A DNA stretch of 60,377 bases, the filler included, from Sphacelaria rigidula (lineage: Eukaryota): assembly GCA_964200075.2 (NCBI GenBank). It is 10 parts of 10 records of this genome, joined end to end, with 100 filler letters (N's around TTAATTAATTAA, not from the genome) between each part and the next. Parts side by side here need not be neighbours in the genome. Positions count along the whole stretch, not along the records: positions 18,145 to 24,092 come from CAXNAA020023291.1; positions 24,193 to 30,140 come from CAXNAA020023292.1; positions 30,241 to 36,188 come from CAXNAA020023293.1; 7 more parts are not named here. One strand, given 5' to 3'. The notes under the pieces are model-generated. The model was not told the origin of the DNA, did not search any database, and worked only from the letters and a program-made list of their open reading frames with translations. This document shows, one piece after another, positions 21,650 through 34,023 of this stretch. The position numbers were made by a program, and so were the translations under genes. Numbering within the stretch: the first letter of the stretch is position 1; every line of letters begins with the position of its first letter.

Positions 21650-24092
21650 CGGTAGTGACGCAACCGTTAACACCGGAAATGAGCTCAACATGGATCACAA
21701 CGCCAGTAACAACGCTAGCAACGGCAGCGTCGACACCGGGATCACGGACACCATCGATGACAGTGCCATCAACATCGCGGACACCCCGCGTAACAGCCTC
21801 AGAGAGGGCGACGAGGTGCCAGTAGCCAAGGGTGGGCGCGTCAACGTTCCGCTGTCGGCCTCCGTGCCCGTGGTAATTGACTGTGCGCTCCCTTATTCTT
21901 CGGAGGCTCTGACGTCGCACACAGAGCCACCACGGACTAGGCGCGGAGCAGTCGCCTCCACTGTCCGCCACACAGAGCTTCCCCGGAAGGAGGTTGGTGA
22001 GGCAGTGGTGCCGGGTGAAAATAGTGTCGCGAACGTGTTTCAACGTGAGCCGATGGTGGAGAGTAGTGGTGTCGCCGGTCCCCCGACCTCGAGCCACGAT
22101 ACCGCACGGGTGGAGGTGCCCAGTGGTGTGGAAGCGGTTGCAGCGGGCGGCAAGAGGGTGACGAGCTGGGCAGCCGGGTCTGAGGCGACTACGACTGGGA
22201 CCGCGGCCACGGCTGCCGCCAGTACCGCCACCACCAGCAAAAACCGAAGCAGCAGAACCAACTACAGCACCGGCAACAACAACATCGGGATCACCGACAA
22301 CACAGGTGACTACACTATCAACATCGCCGACATCCCGCACAACCGCCTCAGCGAGGGCGCCGAGGTGTCAACGTCCAAGAGTAGGCGCGTGATCTTCCCG
22401 CTCTCGGCCTCCGTACCCGTGGTAAGTGACGGTGCGATTCCTCGTTCTTCGAATGCGCTGGTGTCGCACATAAAGTCACCACGGACTAGGCGCGGAGCAG
22501 TCACCTCCACTATCCGCCACACAGAGCTCCGCCGGAAGGAGCTTGGTGCGACGGTGGCACGGGGTGAAAAGAGTACCACGAACGTGTTCCAGCGTGAGCC
22601 TGAGGTCGTGAGTGGTGCTGCCACCGGTACCCGGACCCCAGCTACCGACAGTTTACGACCCAAGGTTTCCAGTCGTGTGGCAGCGGTTGCAGCGGGTGGC
22701 AAGCGGGTGACGGGATGTGCAGCCGGATCCAAGACGACAACGGCTGCGGCCGCCGCCACGGCTGCCACCAGTACAACCACCACTACCAACGACGGTAACA
22801 ACAACAATGACGACAACGACAACGTCGAGATCACCGACCAGATAAATGACAACGCCGCCAACGCCGGGATCACCAACGCCGGGATCACCAACGCCATCGA
22901 TGACGACGCAATGAACATCGCCGACACCCCGCGCAACAGCCTCAGAGAGGGCACCGAGATACCAATAACCAAAGATGGGCGTGTCGACATCCCGATGTCG
23001 GCCTCTGTGCCCGTGGTAAGTGGCTGTGCGCTCCCTGATTCTTCGGAGGCTCTGCCGTCGCACAGGAAGTCACCATGGACTAGGCGCGGAGCAGTCGCCT
23101 CCGCTATCTGCCACACAGAGCTCCGCCGCAAGAAGCTTGGTGCAGAGGCGGCACGGGGTGAGAAGAGTGTCACAAACGTATTCCAGCGTGAGCCAGTGGT
23201 GGTGAGCGGTGCTACCACCGGTACCCGAGCCCCGACCGCCGATGCTTCACGAGTGGAGGTATGCAGTGGTGTGGCGGCGGTTGCAGCAGGCGGTAAGCGA
23301 GTGACGGGCTGTGCAGCCGGATGTGAGGCAACTACGGCTGGGACCGCCGCTATTACTGCCGCCAGTACCACCACCACCACCACAACTAATAGCACCAACA
23401 TCGGAAAATGCAACGACAACATCGGGATCACCGACAATATAAATGACAACGTCACCAAGATTGCCGAAACCACGCGCAATACCTTCATTGAGCGGGCCAA
23501 GGTGTCTACATCCAAGTGTGGGCGCGTCAACATCCCGATGTCGGCCTCCATGCCTGAGGTAAGTGACGGTCCCCTCTTTCATTTTTCGAAGGCTCCAGTG
23601 TCGCACACGAAACCATCACGGACAAGGCGCGGAGCAGTCGCCTCTTCTATCTACCACACAGAGCTCCGCCGGAAGGAGCTTGGTACAGAGGTGGCCGGGG
23701 GTGAGAAGAGTGCCACAAACGTGTACCAGCGGGAGCCAGTGGCCGTGGCTAGTGGGGCCGCCAGTCCCCCGACCCCGACCCCTGATACTTCACGAGTGGA
23801 GGTATCGAGTGGTGTGGCAGTGGATGGTACGGGCGACGAGCGGGTGATGGACTGCGCAGCCGGATCCAGGGCAAGTCCGACTGCGGCCACCGCCACAGCT
23901 TCCACCAGTACCGCTAGCACCGCCGCAACCACAGCCACCACCACCACCATAACTACCACCAATCGAGACACTGACAGCGACAGCAACAAAGTCACCACCA
24001 CCACCATCACTACAACCTCCACCAACGCCACCATTACCAGCGCCACCTCCGACAACATCACCACAATTACCATCACCATCAACAACAAGACA
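21426..24092 (+). CDS. Partial ORF (889 codons to contig end) of four ~180-200-aa tandem repeats separated by Thr/Asn/Ser-rich linkers; function unknown
   Basis: No stops over 2.67 kb despite diverged units starting ~21768, 22317, 22911, 23451 (motifs TRRGAV, HTELRRK, NVFQREP); N-terminal CxxC. Confidence 0.55.
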
Positions 24093-24192
24093 NNNNNNNN
24101 NNNNNNNNNNNNNNNNNNNNNNNNNNNNNNNNNNNNTTAATTAATTAANNNNNNNNNNNNNNNNNNNNNNNNNNNNNNNNNNNNNNNNNNNN

Positions 24193-24405
24193 TTGATTGT
24201 CCTTACCAAATTTCACTTTCCACCTCCAAGAAAAAAATTGCGAATTCGCCTGCAAAGTACAAATCCGCTCGTAGGCTGCCCCAGCCTGCAAGATGTTATC
24301 TCAACGATAAAGCCAGATTCTGCAGAAGAAATATATGTCGGGATTCGAACTCGTAACCTTCCGCCCTTGTGGAAGTCTCTTGTACCAGATACACGGGTGC
24401 AGCGG
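24193..24405 (-). mobile_element. Possible second tRNA-derived SINE head
   Basis: B-box-like GAGTTCGAATCCCG on the minus strand (~24340-24353); A box weak, no full cloverleaf. Confidence 0.35.
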
Positions 24406-25043
24406 TGCCATGCAAAAAGCGGAATCATGCACTGCCCAATTTTACGAGTCAAGTTTGAGTCGTAATTTTGCAAGGGCCTTCTACACGCGAGAGTGAAGAC
24501 TCGTCACGGAAGCATCTGTTTTTTTTTGTTTTTCATGGAGCTGTGACATTTTTCTTACAATATACTTCAAAAGTTACCAATTGCTCTCAGTTCTTTTATT
24601 TCTCGGTTGTTTCCGCTAATAAATTTGCCAATTGCTCTAAGGTATTCTATTTCTCGGTTGCTTCTGCTAATACCCGCGTATCTGTGGTATGAATAAATCT
24701 CGGGCCAATTTCTCACATCCTAGCCTCTAAAATTCAGCAGCACAACACACTATTCAACCGCCTAATAAGAGTTCCTGGCTGGCCCAGATCGTGGTGGGGA
24801 TACGAGAGACTTCGAGTATGAATACAATTATGTTTTCAGGTGGAAAATAAAAGAGAAGAAGAATAGTCGTGTCACAAAAAACATGTGCTCTGTGCAATAT
24901 CCCATTCGACTGCGTGGTACCGTAGTACTGGCTTATGACTCACATGTATTGGGTGTGTGGACAGTGCGGAGTATTCCCGTGCTGACTTTCGATATCTTGG
25001 TAGATGAACGCTCCTCCAGATAGATTCCAACAGTTTTCTAATG

Positions 25044-25335
25044 TCGTGTTCTGAAGGGTAGGATTTCCTGTGAACCCGGGATATTTACCGTAGGTGTTAC
25101 CCGTTCTCGACAGTTCTGTGAGTGCTGTAAACCTCTCATACCGGTACCCGACAGTTCTGTGAGATCCGTACGAAATGTTTACCCTTGCTACCCGGGGTAC
25201 GGGTATACCTTTGTGAAAATACCCGGATGCGGACCAGGGTTTTCTACGTCTTCTATACCCACCGGACATATTCTGTAAGTTCTGTAACACATCTCATTCC
25301 CTACCGAACATACCCTTACCCTGTAGAAAACAACT
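25044..25335. mobile_element. ~290-bp MITE with TACCC/AGTTCTGT subterminal motifs
   Basis: Imperfect TIRs GTGTTCTGAAGGGTA / TACCCTGTAGAAAAC; repeated CAGTTCTGTGAG inside. Confidence 0.6.
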
Positions 25336-26752
25336 TTGGATTTTTCTCTGGGCCAAAGGGACAACCCCCAATCCATGCACGCTTATCGCAAGAAATGTGT
25401 ATATATTCTCTGAGTATAGCAATGTTTTTGGAGATGATGAATGACAGGGTACCCGAACGCAGAGTGCTCCGGGTTTCTAAGGTATTTGCAATACCGAGTA
25501 CCCTCCATGTAGATTACCTGTACCCGGGAGACACCACATGGTCTGAACAGCAATACTGAGTGCTCTGAAATACTGAAATACTTGCTGAGAGAGAGCCTTA
25601 TCTGCACCCGGCCTCACGCTTGGTTACCCCCCTGCTTGCAATATGCCGAGGGTGGGACGAATCATCGCTGATTTGAATCACCATATATATGCATTGTGAG
25701 GCTTGATTGATCCAAAGAAAGAGACAGACAGACAGACAGACAGACAGAAAAGAAATTGAACGCGGGTGATCATTGTGCCAGCCCATTTTTTTCGCTGTTC
25801 CACATGCGTCGGGTGGGGTGCGCGCTCGTACCAGAGATGCAGAGCAACGCTGAGAATAGAGCCCAAGGATGATTGATTCGTACGGTACGAACCAATCGAT
25901 CATGCGAAAAGCAAGTAACTCTCAGACAAATAATTTCCCGTCCGACCCTCGCAATATTTCAAGTAGATGTCCCCGTGGTCATCTCGTACCGTAGGATACG
26001 ATGAATATCACCCCCAGGTAAAGAGTTTTGGGGATTTCGAAAGTACCTCCTCGGGGAGGTGTCCTTTTTTCGTTTCTCGACCACATTTATGTGCTCACTC
26101 CAATCGTTTTCTAATTTTTTTCGTGTTTTTTTATCATGGTTGAATCGACATGCAGTAATCATACGTATTGTTATACTATGTTTCATGCATCGCGGGTCTT
26201 GTTGTTCCGAACTGGTCTCTTTGACCTGTTCGTGGTGTCCACCTTCCCCATCGTGTTGTTTCTCACCCCTATGTATTTTCAAGCACATACCTCGGGAATC
26301 GCTTGGCAGAGATTTGAATATAGAAATCTGTGTGCCTGTATCGTGTGTTTTTTTTTTTAATTTTATTGATTGTCGGACATCAAGTAATCCCCAGAGTCAT
26401 AATATCACACCCTGGACAATAGAATACACACTGTCGAAAAGTGTACTGTGTACAGTATCGACTATTGTACCTATTGCAACAGGCAGTGTATTTCATACTG
26501 TACCCGGTATATTTTTTTACAGTAAAATCTATTATTCAGGGTGTGCACAAAATAGACATATGTGCGTGTGTGCGTGTGTGCGTGTGTGCGTGTGTGTTTG
26601 TCTGATCTACTCTGGACACGTGCACCTTCCGTCGAATATGCACGTGAAGAAAATGAAATCCCCCCACCTTTCTCGTGCGGTAATTGTATTCGTTTTTCTC
26701 TCGACAAGAGTACGTACTGTAGTACGTGAGATAAACAAAACGGATCGCAGCT

Positions 26753-26753
26753 G

Positions 26754-26796
<43 letters not shown>

Positions 26797-26808
26797 GCTG
26801 TTGCTGTT
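26753..26808. repeat. (GTT)n microsatellite; a (TG/CG)n tract lies at ~26560-26596
   Basis: Read directly from the sequence. Confidence 0.95.
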
Positions 26809-26897
26809 AATGATGTTATTGTGCCGAAATGATATTTCTCGCTGTGTGGTGTTCCCCCCGTGTGTTACCCTCGGTGTGAAATGTTGTTTGTAAGCAG

Positions 26898-27030
26898 ATA
26901 CCTCGGAGTGAGCCGACAGCGAGAGAGGTGGGAGGCGCGCATAAGCCGTCCATCGATCGGAGGAGAGACGAATCTCGGGCTCTTCGACACCGAGGTGGAT
27001 GCTGCAAAGCAGTACGACAAGTACGCCATT
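26898..27030 (+). CDS. AP2/ERF DNA-binding domain protein, internal exon
   Basis: GCAG acceptor; YLGVSRQRERWEARISRPSIGGETNLGLFDTEVDAAKQYDKYAI; GTACGT donor. Matches the AP2 pattern Y.GV...W.A.I...LG.F.T...AA..YD..A. Confidence 0.88.
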
Positions 27031-28190
27031 GTACGTACCGCGCCGCAGAAGAGAAATGTATTGTTTTCTCCCCAAGACCGCCGACTGGTTTCTTTGGAAG
27101 GGAAGGGAAATTGCAGAAAGATGTTAAAAAAAATACAAATCCGTTGTGAATACTTGGTACAAGATGTGCGCAAAGTGGCTGATTCATGGTTTGCAGTGGA
27201 GTGGAGTGGGCCAGCTTTTCAATACTTGGGTTGCGTTTGTAGATTGGTGCTGCGGTGGGGGTGCACATTTTTATTTATTTATGAGGTTTCAATTGCTAGG
27301 AATCCTCTATCTCATCCAAAAACGACTGATCTGCTATGAAAAAAACGTGAGAGCCCGCCACGGTTAGCATTCCAGTGGCATAGGGACATTCCGAATGTGT
27401 TTGGAAAAAGGAGATGTCCTGACCCCGTATTGTTTTGTGTAGCTCCCACCTTTAGGAGGCCCTGAATGAGAAAGATCTGGGCCCAGATATGCAACGCCTA
27501 CCGTAGCATGACTCTGAGCAGTTAGGTACATGTCGCTGACCATCCTCACGGGCGTAATCTGGAGTGGTCGCGTGATGAATAGACTTGTTGATGGGTCAAT
27601 CGATCGATTTAGTATCGTAATCGTTGGTGTATGTCATGATCCAACTGTTATCGTTTTTTTTTCCTTGGCGGAAGGAGGAAACTTAACCCAACCCAACACT
27701 TGCCCCACAAGCAAGCTTCGCAAGCGAGTTCGTGCGCCGATTACCCGAAGGCTCGGCTAGACTACCTCGCGACAGTCGTGTGGGGAAGGCGCATGCCTCG
27801 AGCGCTGGCTCAAGGCAGTGTGGGGGATGCTCCCACTAAAAAAACCCTTATCAACTTGGGGGCAGTACACGCGCCGCCGTGCTCTTGGGAGCTTCGATCC
27901 TAGCAAGTGTCATCGTTAGCGTGGACAGAATATCTGTTCGGTTCCCGCTAGCGGCGTTTTCGTTTTTGCTTGAAAGGTGTCTGATTCCCGCGGTTGAAAA
28001 AGCGTGACGGGACGTGAGTAAGCAAAACCGTAGAGTCAACGCCGTGCGGGAGTAGTGCAGGTCATGATCCAAGAACAACTCGCTAGGCTCAAATCCGAGG
28101 CGTGTACTGGAGAGGGATAGATGGGTTGATCCCTTGAGACCCACGGACTCGTCCCGAAGAAGGGAGCGTACTCATTTGTTGCTTGCCTCA

Positions 28191-28385
28191 GGGCCTGTCT
28201 CAGCACATGAGTTTTCGATCGAAAAAGTGCGGTGGATAACAAAAATCCTGATCTGATAGGTCATGTTTTCAACCATCTTCAAAGTAAACGACGATGGTTG
28301 AAATGATGACCTACGAGTATCAGATCAGGATTTTTGTTTTCCACCGCACTTTTTCGATCGAAAACTCATGTGCTAAGACAGGGCC
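28191..28385. mobile_element. 195-bp palindromic PIF/Harbinger-like MITE with 3-bp TSD (TCA), inserted into a LINE 3' end
   Basis: GGGCCTGTCTCAGCAC...GTGCTAAGACAGGGCC flanked by TCA. The empty site is visible in the inverted copy at 29499-29565 (GCC-TTA-GTCG). Related terminus at ~180-237. Confidence 0.85.
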
Positions 28386-29498
28386 TCAGTCGTTTGACCA
28401 TTGACCACGCATCCCTTTCGAGACGGAGCAAGAAGGGGAGGGGGTTGAAAGTGTGAGCTGACCTATCCAGCATTCAATCCCTGAATTATGACTGCCTTGA
28501 AAAATGACACAACCCACTACTGGACCAAAGGGGGAGGGGGGAAACATTCGTGTCGCCTGATCGGGTATATGATCTCAGTGGGCAGAAGAGAGACTCGGTG
28601 TTGCAGCTAAAACGTGTCAAATATATTATTATTTATTTATTATCACTACACTCGTTTCGGGGGCGGTGAGTATCTCCGGAGTATACTTGCAATTTGTTTT
28701 TCGAATGAACCCGAGGAAAACATAAACTGATTGATCACCGACGTTGCTTTTAGCCGTGGTCATTCAAGATTTACGCGTCCGAGGTGAAACAAAACATGAA
28801 GAAGAAAATTGATCGCTGAAGGAAACTCGAGAAGGGGACACCATGATGATGAGAAATTTTTATATATATATATATATATGTATATAGAATAAACAAACGG
28901 AGGAAAGTGAAACAAAGATCGGACCCGGTTGCATTCTGAGGCGAGATATTTTGCGTCGAACAGATTTGAACTCGTTCGTTTAGGGGTGGGAAACCTTTTT
29001 GTATCGGTCATGATTCAGGATTTCGTTGGGCCAGCTCGTCCCTCATTTTGTTTCCGCATTTGTCAAGCATTGACCGTTAGTCCGCTGGTTTCAATGATTT
29101 CGCCCACATTTCGTTGTCGTGACTCGGGCCAGATCGTTCCTGTCTCCCTATATCTCTATCTCTCTCTCATTCTTTTGCACAACGTTCTGAACCATACAGA
29201 TACCAGCCCCCATTTCCGTGTGTTGTATATTGCTCTCGATTGGTTATTGTGGCGGCGAGCTGAACCCCTACTTTGGTTTGAATTCGTTGGTTTTGTTTTC
29301 TTCGGTAAAGTTGTTGGCTGAAACAATGCGACGGGGGGCCTCTAGAGGGTTTCCCCTTAGGTTCGGCATTAAACCTCAGCCTTAGGTTTCTTTCTTCCTC
29401 TCCTGCTTTTTTTTCTCTCTCCTCCTCTCCATTCCCTTTACGTTGTATTTCTTCCTTATGTTCTCCTTTCTTCACTTTGCCCCCCCCCCTCCCCCCCT

Positions 29499-29580
29499 GC
29501 TCCGTCTCGAAAGGGATGCGTGGTCAATGGTCAAACGACTAAGGCAAGCAACAAATAAGTACGCCCCCCTCCCCCCCCTC
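29499..29580 (+). mobile_element. 5'-truncated LINE 3' end with C-rich tail
   Basis: Reads APSRKGCVVNGQTTKASNK* then GTACG and C runs; homologous to the LINE end at ~45022-45075. Confidence 0.7.
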
Positions 29581-29596
29581 CGACCGCCCTCCTCAG

Positions 29597-29845
29597 TTGT
29601 GGCTGAAAGATCCGGAGGTCAACTTCCCCAGGGGAACAGCCAAAAGTCGATCACGGGGCGCCGCGAGTGTCTCCGCAAGTACCCCCGCCCGACCGGCGCA
29701 ACCGTCGGCGTCGCCGCCCGAGACAGTCGTTGTAACGGCAGGGGACGGGGATGCGGCTGCCGCCGCCGGTGCTGCTAGAACAGAGGTGGCGGCAGCGGCC
29801 GTGGTAAAACAAGAGGGTGGGCTGGATACTCAGGAGGAGAGTCAG
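29597..29845 (+). CDS. AP2-domain protein, next exon (completes the domain with LWLKDPEVNFP, then an Ala/Pro-rich region)
   Basis: CTCAG acceptor and CAG|GTGAGG donor; phase 0 matches the exon ending at 27030; supplies the AP2 C-terminal NFP motif. Confidence 0.82.
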
Positions 29846-30386
29846 GTGAGGGCGGCGGCCAGTCGTCATTTGATTCATGCTGTATTCATGTTTTTGTTGT
29901 TGTTGCATGCCGCACTCGTAAGACCACTGAACTCACATACATACAGCAAACTAGGACTGAGCACGCTGGGTTTTGGCCGGACCAGGCCCATAATCACAAG
30001 ATGTGCTCGGCGAGTTGCACGGAGAGTGACCTGCATCCTACTAAGATTGTCCGACCCGAAACGTACCATTTAACTTGCATTGGATGACAGAGATTAGGGG
30101 GGGGGGGGGGGGGGGGGCATATTTTGGTTTTGTCGTTGAGNNNNNNNNNNNNNNNNNNNNNNNNNNNNNNNNNNNNNNNNNNNNTTAATTAATTAANNNN
30201 NNNNNNNNNNNNNNNNNNNNNNNNNNNNNNNNNNNNNNNNGGCATTAGGCCGACAAAAACGTCATTGGGCACCATCGCCGAAAGTGTGGGGAAAGCACTG
30301 TTTCAGGCTTGAACCTCATTTCGGAGATAAACCTCAATTCGCACAATTTGTCGTTAGTTTTATGTCGTGGGCTCTTTGTGCCCTTT

Positions 30387-31606
30387 CTACTGCCCTATAC
30401 CCATGCTGCCTTGCCAACTCCTCCTCAGTCTCATGAAAAACACGAATGGGACTTGGACGAACAAAGCATCGTAGCATTTCTTAGCTCGAAAATGTCCGAT
30501 CATCTGCACATAGAACACACAGAACGTCGACTGCATACTCTCCCCTGCTTTTACAGAACCGTCCCACGGGTGAATGCTTGTATTGTTACGTACTCTTACA
30601 AAGTTTGGTTGGTGACGTTGCCGTCCCGTATAACTATCGTATCGGAATTCAGGGAAACCACGTGGGTTGCTCTGCTGGTCGAGTTTTCCTGTACTCGTCG
30701 TGAGGTTACCTTGTGCACGTGCGCCCAAATGCATACTCATTTCTCTTTCGTGATCTACAATAGCATCGCATTTTGCGGCCTCAATGAGTTCTGCCTGTTT
30801 TTCTTCCATGAGCCGCAGTGTTTCGCTCTGTTGTACTTCCATAAGCCGAAGCTTCTCCGCCAACCCTTCCGTACTGAATTCCTTCTGTTAGCCATTGGTC
30901 GACTCTAATTATCTATTACTGTTGCTCGTTGTTATCTCAAATTGTATCAACCTCTCACTGTGTGACTTCCTCTCGTTGGCTCATGCGCTTTGACTGCTGC
31001 TGAATTCTGCTCAAACCATAACAAACGCTCACTGCGTGACTTCCTCAAGTTGGCTGAAGCGCTTCAAATACTGCTGTATTTTGCTCAAACTGTTACAAAT
31101 GCTCGCTGCATGACTTCCTGAAGTTGGCTCAAGCGCTTTAACTGCTGCTATGTATTGCTCAAACTCGCTTACTTCGCTGCTACACCTGGCTGTAACCGAC
31201 CCGTTTCAAATCCGCCAGCGCAATTGATCAAGGGAACGTCTCTTAGAGGACGCGCTTTGGTCAGGGGAATGTGTGGTAACTTCTTCTTGTGTTAAACTCT
31301 TATAACCTTCACTCACCAAACATCAACCATGCAAGCTCCACCTGAGCTGCTCTCTGTCACTCCACATGCAATGATAAACACACCGAAGATAAATAAACCG
31401 GGAGGGCAAGACCATACGCTGGGTTCCCTCATATGCCATACACCCAGTCATAACCCAATCCGACAACCCGATAATCCTATGATCCGATGCCGCATACGAT
31501 ATCTGGTACCCATGATACACCATCAACCTGTACCACATGTACCCGAATTAATCCACGTACAGATGCACTAGTGTTTAGCTCGGCAATATTCAATAATATG
31601 TCAACA
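30387..31606 (-). mobile_element. Possible 5' part of another LTR retroelement: LTR-like 31290-31606, leader with 74-bp repeats, gag-like coiled-coil ORF
   Basis: TGTTAA...TCAACA termini around a 317-bp segment; ORF 30387-30863 (LRLMEEKQAELIEAAK...FPEFRYDSY). No diagnostic pol motif. Confidence 0.35.
30954..31168. repeat. Three tandem 74-bp repeats
   Basis: CTC(A/G)CTG..TGACTTCCT...GTTGGCT.A.GCGCTT...CTGCT...TGCTCAAAC starting at ~30954, 31028, 31102. Confidence 0.85.
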
Positions 31607-32191
31607 CCCTGAGTGTGAGCATCTTGGGATTCGGCGTGTGCGTAGAGGCGGTTGACACCGCTGTCCAAAGCTGGCACGCACACCCTTGATACGGTACGTA
31701 CGTGGATGTGCATCATCCGCCACAGGAAACGGGGTCGTTGATGGTTCGGACGCTTAACCGGTCGCAGATGATCAGACGCCGCAATGGCGCTGGGGTTTCG
31801 GTGTCAGTCATTGACAAACTCCTGTGGTTTTCTATGGGCGGCGGACCGAGGACTGTTGTGTACATTGTTTTGATGTGTAGACTGGTTTTGGCAACGAGGA
31901 TGGAGGAGGAGCGGTCGTCGACGGAAGGGTTCGATCTGGTTGAGCCTCCTGGACTAGAAACTTACCACAAAACAGAACCAGAGTGCATAACGAAGGCGGA
32001 AGTGTGTCGTCACGAAAGGAAGCAAAGGGGGCACTGTTTGGGGATCATGGATCCCTGAGAGGATGGGCGATTGGCTTATCCATGGACGCTGGTGAGGGCA
32101 GATGGGAGCGTCACGATGTCAACTTTGAAAAGGACCTTGCAGCGGAGAAGAACAAAGCAGGCGGCTAATTTTCGTTGAGGGCGGAATATTG

Positions 32192-33604
32192 CACACGTAG
32201 GACAGCTAATGAGCTAGCTCATCTGCGGGCGGTAGCTCACTTGTAGTCAAACATGTACATGTGAGCTACGTCCGATAGCTCAACACAAGGTAAACGTACG
32301 CTGATGAGCTACGAGTTGGTAGCTCACCCAGGACAAACATGCGTAGCTCATGCAGCTCTCATAGCTCACCCAGGACGAATCTGAGCTGATGAGCTACGGG
32401 TTGGTAACTCACCTATGGCAAACGTGCGTAGCTCATACAGCTCCCATAGCTCACTCAGGGCGAATATGAGCTGATGAGCTACGGGTTGGTAGCTCACCCA
32501 GGGCAGATATGTGCAGCTCATATCGCTCTCACAGCTTATCCAGGGAAACATGTGCGGATGAGCTACACTCGATAGCTACCCAAGGCAAACATGTGTGGCT
32601 CACGCGGCTCTTGTAGCTCACCCGGGAAAAACATGAGCGGATGAGCTACGCCCGATAGCTCACCCCAGGGATACATGGTCGCGGCTCACTCACGTCATAT
32701 GCCTAGCTCGCCGCTGGCCAACCCCGTGTTGCTTATGATGTAACATTCTTGTTCGAACGGATGGTGCCACATATCATGAGGTTGTGATGTTTTGCCTCAC
32801 TGATCGCGATAGGAAGATGAGAAGCCAACACATATCCTCGTTCGCTTGGTCGGATGGTTAAAGAAAGTATCAATATCCAGTGTCTACAATAATCGACCGA
32901 TTCATTTCTTTTGATCGAATGGCCGCGAGGGTACGAGTCCATCTGGTCATGCATACATAATTCAAATGAAATTGGCGCCGATTCAACAGATGACTTGCGC
33001 TCGCCGTCAAGGGGTTAGCCCTTTGATCGCGACGGTCGGCGATCTGATAATCAGCATAATTCACTCTATTTTCCGGGTGTGAATGATGCCGATTCAGAGA
33101 CCTCCTACCCTCGCGGTCAAAGGGATGAGCAATCGTAGCTCTCATAGCTCTCATCGCTGATCCAGGGTAATTATTCGCAGCTCTCCTAGGTCTCATAGCT
33201 CATCCAGAGCAAACATGTATAGCTCATTCATCTCTCATAGCTCATCCAGGGCAAACATGTGTAGCACAGGCATTTCTCATAGCTCATTCGGGGCAAACAT
33301 GCGTAGCTCATGCAGCTCTCATAGCTCACCCGAGACGAATCTGAGCTGATGAGCTACGGGTTGGTAGCCCACCTATCACAAACGTGCGTAGCTCATACAG
33401 CTCCCATAGCTCACCCAGGCCTAATATAAGGTGATGAGCTACGGATTGGTAGCTCACGTACGGTAGACATGCGTAGGTCGTGCAGCTCTCATAGCTCACC
33501 CCAGGAAAAACGTGCGTAGCTCATGTAGCTCTCATAGCTCACTAGGGAGCTACGCTCAAAACGAGCTAGCTCGAGCTATAGGGAGCTGATCTGTCCGGCG
33601 TGTG
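32192..33604. mobile_element. 1413-bp non-autonomous hAT-like DNA transposon with AGCT-rich subterminal arrays
   Basis: TIRs CACACGTAGGACAG / CTGTCCGGCGTGTG; 8-bp TSD GAATATTG/GAATATTT; ~40-bp TAGCTCA units at ~32200-32700 and ~33135-33590. Confidence 0.85.
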
Positions 33605-34023
33605 GAATATTTGTTGTCTGTTGGGTTTTCGGTACAGTTGCAGTTGTTTGACGTACAGATGGTATCCCATGTTTTCATGGTTGGGTATAGGGTACTCTGA
33701 ACATGATATGTTTTTGCTGATAGCGCTGTGCCGTGTGTAGGCTAGACATGCCCGGTCTGTTGTGTTTCCATGACGATGCTACATGACCAGAACCCGAGGG
33801 AGGTCGTACTTCCTCGCTTTCCCTCCTCGTTGCCATTAGGTTGTCCTTTTTTTTCTTGTCGATTTTGAACCTTTCTATCCAGCGTTCTTCAGACTCCGGT
33901 ATGCAGGCTCTGTAGAACATCTCTTTGAACAGCACTCCAGACAGTAGATCTATTTTGGGATTGGTCTCTGTTCTATGCGACACTTTCGCTTGTCGGCTTA
34001 CTCGCTGCACACGCGGCATTCAG

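Noticed and set aside
21327..24088. Long antisense ORFs with hydrophobic poly-Val/Leu runs (apparent membrane proteins)
   Set aside because: Shadows of the ACC/AAC/AGC-rich plus-strand ORF; they are interrupted by stops while the plus frame is not.
25834..25914. Candidate upstream exon of the AP2 gene (would give ...HAKSK-YLGVS)
   Set aside because: All three frames from the apparent acceptor contain a TGA; cannot be supported without transcripts, and there is no evidence for recoding.
30954..33590. 74-bp repeats and AGCT arrays (and the minisatellite at 42760-42995) as CRISPR-like arrays
   Set aside because: No identical repeats with unique spacers and no cas genes; eukaryotic context; the AGCT arrays are explained as transposon subterminal repeats.
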